NCBI GenBank assembly: GCA_951406725.2 | Contig: OX597814.1 | Span: 39,060,001-39,124,000 of the forward strand | Source of the DNA: Octopus vulgaris | Lineage: Eukaryota | Reading direction: 5' to 3' | DNA: 64,000 nucleotides | Part shown: piece after piece, positions 13,257 to 26,499 of the stretch | How the letters are laid out: each line of letters starts with the position of its first letter | Numbering within the stretch: the first letter of the stretch is position 1 | The notes under the pieces: model-generated | What the model was told of the DNA's origin: nothing | Databases searched by the model: none | The model's input: only the letters and a program-made list of their open reading frames with translations | Made by a program: the position numbers and the translations under genes

Positions 13257-14669
13257 CCTGTGAGCTATTATATGTCATAAAGGTGATGGAAAATTATACA
13301 GTTCTGAAAATTTGACATCTTACTAGAAACATCCCTAGTCCGATTGTGAAATCTAGATTTGTTGTTCATTTGCATCGTGTTTGCATACCTTCACCGATAT
13401 GTTGTCAACAAGAACTTGACCACTGGCTGAAACGTCGCAGAAAAATAGAGGCCTAACTGTTTTTATCATGTTTATTGATTATAAATTATGTACATACTTT
13501 TCAAAACACTGGGTGTGTATAACTTATTTTGCTAACCGACCGACAAGTTATAGTTTTGGCATCACTCAACGACAAGTGTGATCTTCGCCCCAATTTCGTT
13601 AAATATTGCACAGCCTTGAGTAATTCAAATTAACTTTCAGTTGCAGTAAAAAAAAGAACAAAAAAAAGAAATAGAAGCCCCTATAACCTTCTTGATTTCA
13701 AATAACTAATTATGCGTCCTAAAATTAAAGAAATTATAGCTGGAAATTTCTCCGGATAATTGACGTTTCACAAAAGGAGTTACAAAGGGAAACCATGTAT
13801 ATGCAAGTGTTTGCGTGTGCCTGTATTTATGCTTATATCTAGCTATATTTTCATGAATAATGGGATTTCTTCAAACTAATATTTTTGTGCCGCCGAAGCC
13901 ATAAATATATGCATTATATTTTAAATTATTAAGTTAGACACAGAAAACATTGAGGAAATATATGCTATATAATATATGCTATATGAGGATTTCTTGGACA
14001 GTTCTGTAATGGAATGTGTCATCCTGGTTCTGCCTAAGTATTGCACATTTATGGATGTGCAATGTTCAGTTACTTATCTTTTGCAACTATGAATAAATAG
14101 CTTCTTTGATCAAGTATCGGGAACAGCAGTCACGAAACTGTTGAAGGACGGGTGATAGTGGATCATTCTAAATATAATTGGAGGCGTTTTCTTAATATAA
14201 CAAAAGGTCAAATGTGTAATATATGAAATATAATCCCGTTGTATATTCTAGGGAAATTCTAAATGATGCTTTACTGCGTTTCTGTGTGTGTAGCACATAC
14301 ATTATGGTTCAGATTATCGTCTTCAATGTTCAACACCTTAAGTTTATGATTCGGTAGTATATGAGTGAAGTTTAGGTTTTTTTGGTGGTAATTAACGTAT
14401 ATTACAATGGAAATAACACCTTCTCATTCAAGACGGAAATGAAAATTTGATTATGAAAATATAATGCAAGAACGTTGAAAATATAAAGTTATCTTGATAT
14501 CTTTTGCTTCATTCGCATAACACCATAGTACTTTTTCATGCTAGCTCTTTTTTTTTCCTTTCTTTTTACATAAATATTTTTCTTGCTTATTCATTGATCA
14601 TTTTATTTCCTTCATTATTTCGCAAAAAGTGTTGAATTTATTTCCATATCTAATATTTTTCTGTGTAAG

Positions 14670-14878
14670 GAGGTGAGTTCTAGAATCATGAGAATATCGG
14701 GCATTGCCATGCGGTAGTTATTCCGGCTCCTTTTGTGCTAGTTTCAAATCCCATTAGATACCTTACCTTTAAAGCCTTTGTCGTTGGAAAAATATAACAA
14801 GTGACAAATACTGTGATCGATGGCATCGGCTGACGCAGCTACTTGAAAATAGCTGCCGTTTTCCCTAAATCAGAAACA
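14670..14878 (+). mobile_element. SINE family B, very degenerate
   Basis: aggtgagttctagaatc...gcggtag...ttcaaatccc...ccttt...gatcgatggcatcg colinear with other B copies. Confidence 0.5.
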
Positions 14879-15269
14879 ACCAATGTACACGATTTTATTT
14901 TTATTTTCATTCTCTCTAAATTGAAAAGCGTTTCTATTCATTTCTCTTTACATTAACCCTAGTTTTATATTTTAAATAAGTTATATTAAATTTCATATCT
15001 AGGGGCCAGAAAGTAAATATTTATTTTGCTGGTATCAATTTCACTACAATGGAAATTTTAATAAATTTCAGAAATGCTTCAGAATAACACATTATTAATA
15101 AAATTTGTCTGGAAATGTTTATAGAAGTAACGGATATTTATTTTCTTTTGTTCCATTTAAAAAAGAAGAATAAATTATGCAGTAAACCAAACATGATATT
15201 TTTAACTCCAAAATTATTATAACTATTACAGTTAACTGATTTTCTACGTGTTTTTTTTGCGTGTGCTTG

Positions 15270-15270
15270 A

Positions 15271-15321
<51 letters not shown>
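15270..15321. repeat. (GT)n(GA)n microsatellite
   Basis: Direct reading. Confidence 0.9.
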
Positions 15322-15324
<3 letters not shown>

Positions 15325-15990
15325 TTGCTTCAGATTTTATTTTTTGTGTTTGTGTGTCCAATGGAAAAAGCATTTTCTTTACTGAATATACAGTTTCTAA
15401 TATGCACTTGCGAGATTCTACATCAAAAATGCTTTAACATTAAATCGCTTTGATTGAAGCTTAATCTAGAGTGTAATTTGAAACTGCTACTTGAAACTAA
15501 CAAAAATATTTATATTTAAAGCTACTCCCACCAGAGAACTAACTAACACTGGTGTAATGTATAAATCTGCGGTAACGAAAAATGAGTTGAGTTGAAATGA
15601 TTCAGTGTGAAACTTAAACTTAGTTCACAAATATAGTGAACACTAGTGTTATTGATTAGGTTCCATTTTTTTTAAACATTGCGTCTGACAAACAACACAA
15701 AATGAAATTTGCAGGGATAATAAATGGTCAAGTTTAAGACCTATTATTATGCTATTATATTATTTATATTTATTATGAAATATTATTTTTAAATTCGTTA
15801 TTTTTCAATTAATTTCACCGCCTCTCATAAAAAACTGGAACTGAACAGAAAAAGAATATGTGCAAGACGAAGCGAAACAAGTATAACACATCGAAGATAA
15901 CATAAAGTGAAATTTTTACTGGTAATATTTTAATCTTTCTACTAGTATGGGTACAACTAGTAGAAATTGTAAATTTGTTCTCAGATGAAG

Positions 15991-16176
15991 ATGGTGAACT
16001 AACAGAATCGTTAGAACGCAGAGCACAATGCCTAGCGGAATATCGTCCGTCCTTTCGTTCTGCGTTCAAATTTTGCCGAGGTTGACTTTGCCATTCATCC
16101 TTTAGGGAAAAAATACACATTCCAATTGAGCTTCCTCCGAACTTGCTCGTCTTGTGCCAACATTTGAAACCAATAT
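15991..16176 (+). mobile_element. SINE family B
   Basis: ggtgaactaacagaatcgttagaacgc...gttcaaattttgccgaggttgactttgccattcatcctt...cttgtgccaacatttgaaac. Confidence 0.8.
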
Positions 16177-16529
16177 CATTTCTCATATAAAATAAGATTT
16201 TACGTTGATTAGCGAAGTAATGATGTGAAAAGTACTATGTAAATATACTGGTCATAATTACTGCAATATCAGAGCAGAAACATAAAAAAACAAAGATTAT
16301 TCTGACTCGCACTCCATGTGAAACGAAAAGCATTATTCTTCACATATTCAATGGACGTAGTATATGAACGCTACAAAGAAGGGAAACACTGGAGTGAGGA
16401 AAAACATAGTTATCTTCTCCTTACCCTATGTCATCTTCAACAGCAATTATTTCCTTATAACACTGATACTACTATTACTGGGACTATTGATGCTGCTACT
16501 ATTGGTTGTTTCTTTAATTGTGTTTCTAT

Positions 16530-16636
16530 TTTTATCTCTTCCTTCTTTCACTCACTGGATGGATTCCATACTGGAGCACCGCCTTGAAGGGTATAGTAAA
16601 AACTGTTGACCTAAATATTTATATTTTAAGCCTGGA
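16530..16636 (-). mobile_element. SINE family A 3' fragment
   Basis: ctggagcaccgccttgaagg is the reverse complement of the family A tail. Confidence 0.7.
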
Positions 16637-16637
16637 A

Positions 16638-17051
<414 letters not shown>

Positions 17052-18127
17052 GTACATTTACACATACACACACGTTTCAACTTATGCTGTTGTGTAACTG
17101 TGCAGTATTACATGTGCTCATTCTTATAATCAACTACTGGTAAATCGTAGCTTAAATAAAATACATGCATAACGGTGTGATAAAAATGGTGAAACATATT
17201 CCAATATAACTCGGAGCACAGCATGTACGTGTTGTAGGAGTGAATATGAGAACATTTATGAACTGACAAAGATCATGAGAAATTCTAAACAAAATGAATG
17301 CAGAGTTCTACAAAAGCAAAATAAATCAAAATTAAAGTTCTCGTAAGTATGATTATCATTGGAGTGGTGGGGCAGCAAAGTTTTGTCAAATGAATATTAA
17401 CATTTATTTGATTTCTCACAAACTTGTTTGTTCACACATCAAACTTGCTATAGGATACACAGTTTCTCACGTAGACACGTTTATTTTGTATGCTATTTAT
17501 TGTCAGTTTAAGCAATTAACTTCAAGTTTGAGTGCAATGTATTCGTGGAAATTCAATTGCCAATTATATTGCAGAGTCAGCATCTATAACTCCCCACTCG
17601 ACAATAATATCCCGTCATTTCTTTCATAATCCTTTGATTTATTGGCAGGTAATCTTTCTTAGAATTTAGGCCAATGTTTTTGCTTTTTTTTTCATTCTGG
17701 TTGGTACAATATGATTTTGCCTATTCTCGTCATTGCCATATTATTCTTTCCCTATTAGCTTCAAATTCGTTCTTCGTCATACAACACTCTGAAACACCAT
17801 TTCTTAACTTAATTTCATTACTTTCCTTCTGTGTTTATATTTCATGTGGTTCGTGGTTCTCCCAGCTATCCTTGTTCTAATAGTAATACTCTTCGTGTTT
17901 TTCCCAGTTTTTCTTGTAACTTCTGTACATATTTACAGTCAATTTTCACTCTCATGCATTATGGTCATTTCCCGTTGTAGCATCTGACTCCAGTTTAGTA
18001 AAGAATAATTTTAGAAATATTTGATGTAATAATTGGTATCACTCGTATCCTTGATATATTGATACTCATCTTTGACGAAGAAAATTTGGAATACTAATAT
18101 TAACAAACAGAGAGTTCAAAATATTTC

Positions 18128-18502
18128 GTGTGGTAAGTAGCTTGTTTACCAACCACATGATTCCGGGTTCAGTCCCACTGCGTGGCACCTTGGGCAAGTG
18201 TCTTCTACTATAGCCTCGGGCCGACCAAAGCCTTGTGAGTGGATTTGGTAGACGGAAACTGAAAGAAGCCCGTCTTATATATGTATGTGCGTGTATGTTT
18301 GTGTGTCTGTGTTTGTCCCCCTAGCATCGCTTGACAACCGATGCTGGTGTATTTATGTCCCTGTCACTTAGCGGTTCGGCAAAAGAGACCGATATAATAC
18401 GTACTGGGCTTACAAAGAATAAGTCCCGGGATCGAGTTGATCGATTAAAGGCGGTGCACCAGCATGGCCGCAGTCAAAATGATTGAAACATGTAAAAAAA
18501 AA
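18128..18502 (+). mobile_element. SINE family A, near full length (tRNA head, CORE-like ccttgggcaag motif, internal (TG)n, LINE-like tail, A tail)
   Basis: gtgtggtaagtagc...gggttcagtccc (B box)...ggcaccttgggcaagtgtctt...taaaggcggtgcaccagcatggccgcagtcaaaatgattgaaac; resembles octopus CORE-type SINEs. Confidence 0.9.
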
Positions 18503-18546
18503 GTGTTACAAACAATTTAAGAAGGTAGTTAATGTCAGGTTATTAG

Positions 18547-18593
<47 letters not shown>

Positions 18594-19729
18594 ACGAGAA
18601 TATTTTGCTAAAGGACGAGTATGTTAACTCATCAGTATAAATATGAGAGATGTGTTCTGTGTGTGCGTATACGCCTTTAGCGTTCGCCTGTTTATTAATT
18701 TGTGCACGTGTGTGAGCGTCTGTAGCAATTACTTGAATCTCGCTCTCTTTCTCCTTCCCTCTCTCCCTCCCATTCTCTTCCTATTCCCCTTCTCTTCCCT
18801 CCCCCATCTCTCTCTCTTTCGTATACACATGCACAATTTTACAATTCCATATCGACAACTTTTTATACGCACACACAGACCACATCTCTCATATTTAAAC
18901 TGATGAGTTAACATACTCTGCCGTTAACAGAACGCAACAATAGAACGTTGTCAAGATTTGTGTTTACTTATATTTCTAATTGAAATATGAATAATGCAAA
19001 CCATGAAGAGCATGGAATTAGGGAAAAGCTAGTAGAAGTTGGCTCAACGTATAAAAATATCAACCAAATTTCCCTCAACTCACATTACATCATCTTTACA
19101 TTATGTAAACCGAGAAAGTCGTAACAAACAGGTTCATCCGAAAAATAATGCCATCAAAAAATAGTTGATAGTAAACTGACATCATACGGAATATAACAAT
19201 CGGTTTTACGTTTTACAACAGAGTTATTGTTTATGATATTAAACTCACACTCTTTTAGGCTATGGTTAAGTAAGTATCGCCATGCCAGAAAACATTTTTC
19301 CAAGGGGCGATGAGTATGGTATAACTAATAATAACGTACTTGTAATGGGAACGTTTCTTCTCGTAACCAATTGTCTGTGTTTTCTGTTAAATAATTACGC
19401 CATTTGTTATTAATTTAATTTTGGTGATTTTTGAGAAAAGTCAAAATATTTATATTATTGAGTGATAAGGAATAAACAAAGAGCGCTGACACTCTTGTCA
19501 TTTCTAACGCCATTACATACAAACATTTTGAAACTAAGCTGCAAAACCTTAAGACAGAATCAGTATGAGAGTATAATTGCTTTTATTTTTGTATCAGCTC
19601 ATACCAAGATATAAACATCACCACCGATGTTAAATAATTATTCCATCAGGACCTGTGGTATTACTAAATGTTCATAAAAATTCTGTTGAAAGACCAAACA
19701 TTAGCATTTGATACTTTCTGAGACAAATA

Positions 19730-20050
19730 GCTACTAACGCTGATAACGAAACCGAACTTTTGGTTGCGAAATCAATAAGTTGGCATCACGCAAAGCATTG
19801 TTTCTCGTTATTTATCAAACAACATGGCACCTCTGAAAATAGTCTAAAGTATTCAACAACAGCCTCAAAATATTGTGGGTACAACTTGGAGCAGGCTAAA
19901 ATAATAGTTGCAGTTTATGTAACGTCACTTTTTCAAATATAAATCATGCTTCAGTGTTCTTTATAGCAATTCCAATTAACTCAAGTGCTGAAGAAGTGAC
20001 TTCGCTATTTCACGCTCGATATGTTTTCATAGATCTTGGATGTTGCTTTT
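19730..20050 (+). mobile_element. Possible hAT-like DNA transposase remnant
   Basis: ETELLVAKSISWHHAKHCFS...STTASKYCGY resembles the ExxxxxHxVKHxxS...SxxAxxxxCGRTK segment of hAT-like transposases; highly decayed. Confidence 0.35.
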
Positions 20051-20159
20051 TTAATGATGATTGAAGTAGAACGGCCCTTGGATATTAGGTACCGAGGATC
20101 AGGCTGAACTTAACGAGCTGATAAGAACAATGACAATTAAAACATAGATACGATTCTTT

Positions 20160-20875
20160 TATTTTTTATGAATTTGCCAATAAGACGAAGATGATGCTTC
20201 TAATAAAAGCAAAAAGCTTCGCAAACCACGGAAGGAATTGATCGTAACTACAAAATTATGACGACCCATTTCGAAAACAACCTCCAGGCGATTCAAAAGT
20301 AAGGCAACCTCAGCAAATACATATATCATAAAAGACAGAAAGCACTGACAAACAAGAAATGTATATAATACATGTCTAAGACTGGAGACATCAGCCACAT
20401 TATCACCGACAGCAAGATAATGTCTTCCTCATATTATCTTTGCACGAGTCATAATGCATTGGTCTGAACCGTCTGGAACAAACAAGAAGGGAGGGAGAGA
20501 CGAAATTGACCATATTGAAACTGCTGGGTCCATCGAATTTTGGCGGAACTAAATCATCAAAACAGCCACCAAGTTAAAACGCAACCAGCCATATGTAACG
20601 AGACCTCAATGACAATATGTGAAAATCAGCTTCCATATGCACGCCAATTTGATTAGAAAAATAAAAGAAATAGATGACAACTATGGACCATTGATGGGGA
20701 CACACTGTAAGCATCTTACCAATTATGACTGGAGCAAGAGGATACCAACCCGTCCGCAGCAAATTATGGTGGAACTTGTGTTCTTAGGCAGATAATGCGC
20801 ACCTGGATTCATACACTACAAATGAGTACAATATGTGAGACTAGAAATATCTTAAAGAACTTCTTAAAATTTAAA
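20160..20875 (+). mobile_element. R4/Dong-type LINE C-terminal remnant (zinc knuckle + RLE), distinct subfamily
   Basis: Pieces GDISHIITDSKIMSSSYYLCTSHN, EFWRN*IIKTATKLKRNQP and VSILPIMTGARG match EDIxHIIxxCxxMS..YYL.RH / WWN..IKT..K..HNKPD / PIIVGALG. Confidence 0.6.
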
Positions 20876-20955
20876 GGTTGACGAATAACACAAGCAGTCT
20901 CTTTCACAACCATGCTCTCAGACAACTCACCGTTCAAAATGTTTCCTAAATGTAC

Positions 20956-21022
<67 letters not shown>

Positions 21023-21023
21023 T
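20956..21023. repeat. (TA)n(TG)n microsatellite
   Basis: Direct reading. Confidence 0.9.
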
Positions 21024-22100
21024 AAAGAAAACGAAGAAGCAGTTAAAATCAATGCTGTATATGTTTCAGTTACATGATTTATGAGGTAACATTACGTAAA
21101 TTCATATGGTTATCTATCTGCTGTTTGATTAGGTGATATTCTACCAAGTATACCACAATCGTAAAGCTCAACTCACTAGATTAGAATATGGTCATGCTTG
21201 AGTAGAGTGGTTACAATTTATCTTCAAACAATTTCAGATACTGACGTTTATTGGAAAAGAATGTTAAAAACGAGCAACCAAACAGCTCAATTCTAAATGG
21301 AGCAGAGAAATAGAAAATAGTCCTAGAATGGAAATGGTCAGCAGGTTATAGTCAATATTTGTTTTAGAACCTACAGCTAATAGAGTTTGTTAGGCAGTTA
21401 ATAAGCTGTTAATGACCAACAATAAAACATAACATTTTCTTCAAAGAACAGCACTCGGTCCTGACAGGACAATAATATCAAAAACTGACTTTTCACCGAC
21501 ATAGAACGCATCCATTATTTACGCAATGTCGGTGTCGCAAAGCGGCATATTCTATATGCTTAGATTATAGTTTAAGCAATAAACATACAAATGACATACT
21601 AATCTACCACATTCTAATCTAAATGCGTTCTGAATCTCTACAATTGATTAGGTAATATAATATTTTCCTCTTATGCTCATTATCTTATTGCATTGCATTC
21701 ATGACAAATATCATCTGCGACCATGTATATTTTAATATTTTTGTTATACACTTAAGAAGATATCACATGCTAAAATGGCTGGGAGATACCAGTACAAAGT
21801 TACATAATGTAACACCATGAATTATGTAATGTACTTGAATCTGAAATGAACCATGCTACAAAAAAAGCGTATCGTAAGGTTTTAAGATGTTCATTCGTAT
21901 TTCTTTACTAAATATTACACCACATTATATGTACCCGTTAGAAATTTTCCGAGAAGTCTCTTTAGCTAAAGTTACACGAAAGTGCTTCGTAGTTGATTTG
22001 CCATGATCTATATCACCTCTGCATTATTATGTGTCTATATTATTATTATGTGTCTATATTATTATTATTATTATTATCATTATTATTATTATTATCATTA

Positions 22101-22312
22101 CGGCAATGAGCTGGCAGAATCGTTAGCACACTGGACGAAAAGCTCAGCGGTACTTCGCCCGTCGCTACATTCTGATTTCAAATTGCACCTAGGTCGACTT
22201 CACACTTCATCCTCGCGGGGTCGATAAATTAAGTACCAGTTGAATACTGGGTTGATGTAATAGACTATCCCCAACCACCAAATTTCAGGCATTCTGCCTA
22301 TAATAGAAATAA
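22101..22312 (+). mobile_element. SINE family B, full length, within (TAT)n
   Basis: ggcaatgagctggcagaatcgttagcac (A box)...tttcaaattgc (B box)...ttcatcctcgcggggtcgataaattaagtaccag. Confidence 0.88.
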
Positions 22313-22330
22313 TTATTATCATTATTACTA

Positions 22331-22845
22331 CTGAGTGAGAGAGCCGCGCATACCATCAAAGTGACACTGTGATAAAATATATGAGGCGCAATATGCCCTA
22401 CATGGCTACCCGTCAGATAAGGGTACACCAGGCACATGCATCACAACCTTATGTGCACGACGTGGAGATCTCATATCAAGATAAACAGCCAATGATCTTG
22501 CAGGTGGGGCCCGCTTAGGATTTTATTCAGATTGAGTTGCCTACTCCGGTCAAACGGTCCTTGAATATGGGATCTTTAAGGATTTTGAACAAGAAAAACA
22601 CGTTTCCAGGTGTGACTTATTCAAACGCCAAACAGTTCCTCTAAACACCTGGCTACGATACTCTGCACATAATCAGATATGCACATATTGTCAGCCACTA
22701 AGGGTCATGCTCAACTGGTCAAGGTCAAAAAACTGCTAAGCAAATCTGCTCTATTGAGCAGAATATCTGCTGTAGCCAACTTTTTAATATACCGAGACAA
22801 AACATTTCACATAATATCAGAAACCATGAGAGCTAGTGCCTAGTA
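22331..22845 (-). mobile_element. Interspersed repeat, probable 3' UTR of an R4/Dong-type LINE (homologous to 29795-30140)
   Basis: Shares gatctcatatcaagataaacagc...gatcttgcaggt with the reverse complement of 29960-30070; on the minus strand it runs into (TAA)-like repeats. Confidence 0.7.
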
Positions 22846-22909
22846 TTATTATCATCGTCATCACAATCATCATCATTATTAGTATTAATATTAGTATTAT
22901 TAATATTTT

Positions 22910-24050
22910 CTCTTTATCCATGGGTTTTGCTGAAGCTCCTGGGGTTTTGCATGTTATTCGTTTTTTTCAGCTATACAATACCTTCCTGATTATCCTGTCC
23001 GTGCCACGGAGGCGAAACTTTTATAACAGTGCTACTGGCCACTCTATTTCAATTTTCTGTTGATGTCTTCTGATATTGTTCCAAAAGACCCAACAATAAT
23101 TAGCACTAACTTCATCTTCATTTTCCATTGCCGAGCTATTTCGTATTTAAGATGATTGTATCTGTGTAACTTTTCGCCTTGCTTTTTGACTATTCGTGGG
23201 TCAAAGGGGCTTGCAATATCAACTATATGTGATGCACCTTGTCCACCAGCAGTTGGCCAAGTCTGTTATGCACTAGCACATGATCTGTTTTGGATTGGAA
23301 AATCCCAGATAATATTTCTAGTCTTCGATTCCACCACTCTCTGCGTTTTGTGCTCATACCACGTCTCGCTTTTCCCTAGTCCCCACTTTTTGCACTCCCA
23401 ATGGAGCACATTCGCTACCTGGTCATGTCGCCTCAACTTGTAGTAATGTTGGGCAAGACCAGGTAATTCGTTCGTCATATGGGCAATAGCTTAATCCACT
23501 CTATTGCAGATGCAGCACAGCAGCGACTTTAGTTCATTCCTAAGGTTCACCCTCCAATTCGTGGCCAAAGCTTGTTCTTGCGCTGCCAGTATAGTGCAAT
23601 CGGTCTCTTTTTATTTTTAGGGTTCTTTTCATCAGCCAATACCATCTATTTTTTCCAGCATCTTCTTTTGTGGGTACTTGGATTTGATTGTGTAGTCCCT
23701 TCTTCTAACATAATTCTTCTTCATGTCCTTTTTTGTACTACTTGCCATTTAACTCAGCTGTCAATACTTCATCATTCATAAGTGTCATTCATCATTCATA
23801 AGTGTCGAGTTCGATAAGCAATTTTCTACGCACATCAGTCACTATTTCCCCTCTTTATATAAAGGCGATCAGTGTCTGCACGGGGATGATGGGCTCTATG
23901 CATCCTTAGGAACTCTCTTGACTTCCTGCCCAACCCTTTAGCTTCTCCTCCGTCCGCTACAGGATTCTAGTGCCATACCGAACTTCTGCGACTGCGCGCG
24001 AGTTCTTTGCCGAAATTATGTTTCTGGCATTCAGATTTCAATCCAATATT
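22910..24050 (-). mobile_element. R4/Dong-type LINE, 5'-truncated pseudo-copy (same subfamily as 50350-52165)
   Basis: YKLRRHDQVANVLHWECKKWG...WYEHKTQRVVES...IIWDFPIQ; LNARNIISAKNSRAVAEVRYG; 3' end catgcaaaaccccaggagc matches 52125-52142. Confidence 0.85.
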
Positions 24051-24109
24051 ATTATCATTACTATTATTACAATGAAAGAATTTCGGATTGTTCTTAATTA
24101 CCGGTTAAT

Positions 24110-25917
24110 CTTTATTTGAAAGGAGGCAGCAACAAATCACCAGGGGTTTCAAGTAGTGATTTTTCCTGTGATTCAAAGAGGTAATGCCTTCCTTAGAATA
24201 CAAGCTGTACCCAACAATGTTGTCTTCGAGATACCGTCGAACCTGACATTAGCTCCACTATTCTTAATATGCGTTTTAAAGCCCTTGGAAGCTGCTTCTA
24301 ATGTTCCATAATTTTCCTCATGCCCAATAATTTCTTATCTCGTCACGCAGGGGCTGGAATTTCTCAATCGTTTCTGTTTCCTTACATTTTATTCTCGAAT
24401 CTCCAGGTATTGCAACATTTATTATCATTACTTCCTTTTCATCTTTATGAGGACGATATTCGGTCACTTCGCCTATATAACTTGGTCGCACGGCATGTTA
24501 AAATCCCAGAGTATTTCATAACGTTCGATTTATATTACTCCCTCTAGCATGTGTTCATACCATTGTTCGATTCTCTGGAGGCTTGCCTTACTGAACTACA
24601 GCCGTTGGACATTACTGGCCACATTACCGTGTCTCCATTTATATTAGCGCTGTATGAGCTCACAGCGCTCACTAGAATATGGTTTATACATTCTCCCTTC
24701 TCACAACACATCCTACAGTGTGGCCAGTCAGTGCTTTTAATGAAATTGATATATAGTGTATTTTGTTCTGAGAGCTTGTTGCTGTACATACTAATGCATC
24801 AGTGGGCCCTTTAAGTTTCCTTTCTGCAGACATTGCCAGTTTCTATCCCAATCAAGCTCATCTTTATTCTTCAAGAACTGACTGCATTTTCTTGTCCTGC
24901 TAATTTTTTTTCATCTGTTCTCTCCGGTCTTTCATAAATTGTACGTTATCTACGGCTTCGTTCACTCTTAAGTTCCCTGCATTTTCACTGCTTCAATCAT
25001 CTCTTATTTTCTCCCCGTGACGTTCAAAGCCAGGCTATTCTCCTCTTCCCTTACACAACCTTCACAACTCGCCAATCCCCATCCTCCTTCCCTCCTCTTT
25101 ACATACAATCTTGACATATCACTCTTGGGATGTATTTCCTTGTTCATTGTCAGTAATTTACATGGTTTCCGGTCTGTCTCTTGTAATTCATGCTTCTTCC
25201 AAGATACTATTCCTACCCCATACCTCATCAAAGAAACCGCCCTCGTGTTATTTGCTCTAATGTTATAGCGGCCATTTAGCTCCGTTTGGAGCACAAACCG
25301 AGTTCTTCTCAAATACCCTTTCCTCTACATTTCATTCACCTTGAGTTCATTCGTCTTATCTCTTTCAATGATATCCAAGTACTTATATCCTTCCTCTCCG
25401 ACTTCATTTATAGTTTCGCCATTTTCCAGCTTCGTCCCATGGCTGTTACTGATTTTCCACTTTTGAAAATCAGTACACCACATTCCTCGATCCCAAACTC
25501 CATCCCTATGTATTTGTAATCATCTGCACAGTTGCTGTCAAACTCTCAATGACTTTCTCAGTCTTAGCGAATAAACCACAGGTTTAATTTCACCCTGCCT
25601 AGCATGTACCCTACACGCATCTTTCTTAAAACGCTCGTTAGTTGCAGTACGAAGACAACAAAAAGGAGAGGCGACAGAATGTCCCATTGAAAGATTCCTC
25701 TTTTGATATTTATCTCTCCCAGCTTTTTGTAACAGCTTCAGGATATTGTGCAAGACCATAAACAGTTTAAAGCATTCAATAATTCACGAGTGTGGGACCA
25801 TGTCATGTGCTTTCCTGTAGTCCTCCTGTGCCATCTTGCTATCAGCCAGGTTAGTGTTATCGATTAGTAATTGATTCTTCGTTCCTCTTCGATCATCTGT
25901 CCGTTTGCTCTTACCCA
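24110..25917 (-). mobile_element. R4/Dong-type LINE pseudo-copy (RT + zinc knuckle + RLE), second subfamily
   Basis: RGTKNQLLID...YRKAHDMVPHS; LQTELNGRYNIRANNTRAVSLMRYGVGIVSW...IHPKSDMSRLYVKRREGGWGL; CRMCCEKGECINHI; KTTLLGTACILRK. Confidence 0.88.
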
Positions 25918-26065
<148 letters not shown>

Positions 26066-26499
26066 ACGGGTTTACTCGTGAAGATAACTGCGTAATATGT
26101 GTTTTAATTTTCGTTACTCTGTAGATGAATATGTTAATTTTTGTGTTGCGTAATTATATCAACATTCATTAATATTATAAGTACTGTTTAATCACTTCAT
26201 AAATATATTGAAACTAATTAAGTTGCTGTAGCGACTAACTTGGTTGTAATTTATGGTAGTACTTAAATAGGTTAATAGCAACATGTATAGTTGCAATCGC
26301 TTAAAGTAAATGTCAAATTGTTCGTAGTATTTATATATCTGTATATGAGAAGAAAGAAGTGTCATAAATATCAGTGGTGAACATGGATTTCGAGTAGCTT
26401 ATCAAGGGATAGCACACCGGGAGCAAATTATTTCTATTGCTTCCAATCTCTAGTACAATATTTCCGAATCAATCCCCAAATCAAAGTACAATTAACGAT

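Noticed and set aside
17560-18090. Purine-rich, coding-like minus-strand segment
   Set aside because: Frequent stops and no motif I could assign; possibly an old LINE piece.
21240-21540. ALGPD motif resembling the LINE RT 'APGPDG'
   Set aside because: Single short motif with no colinear support.
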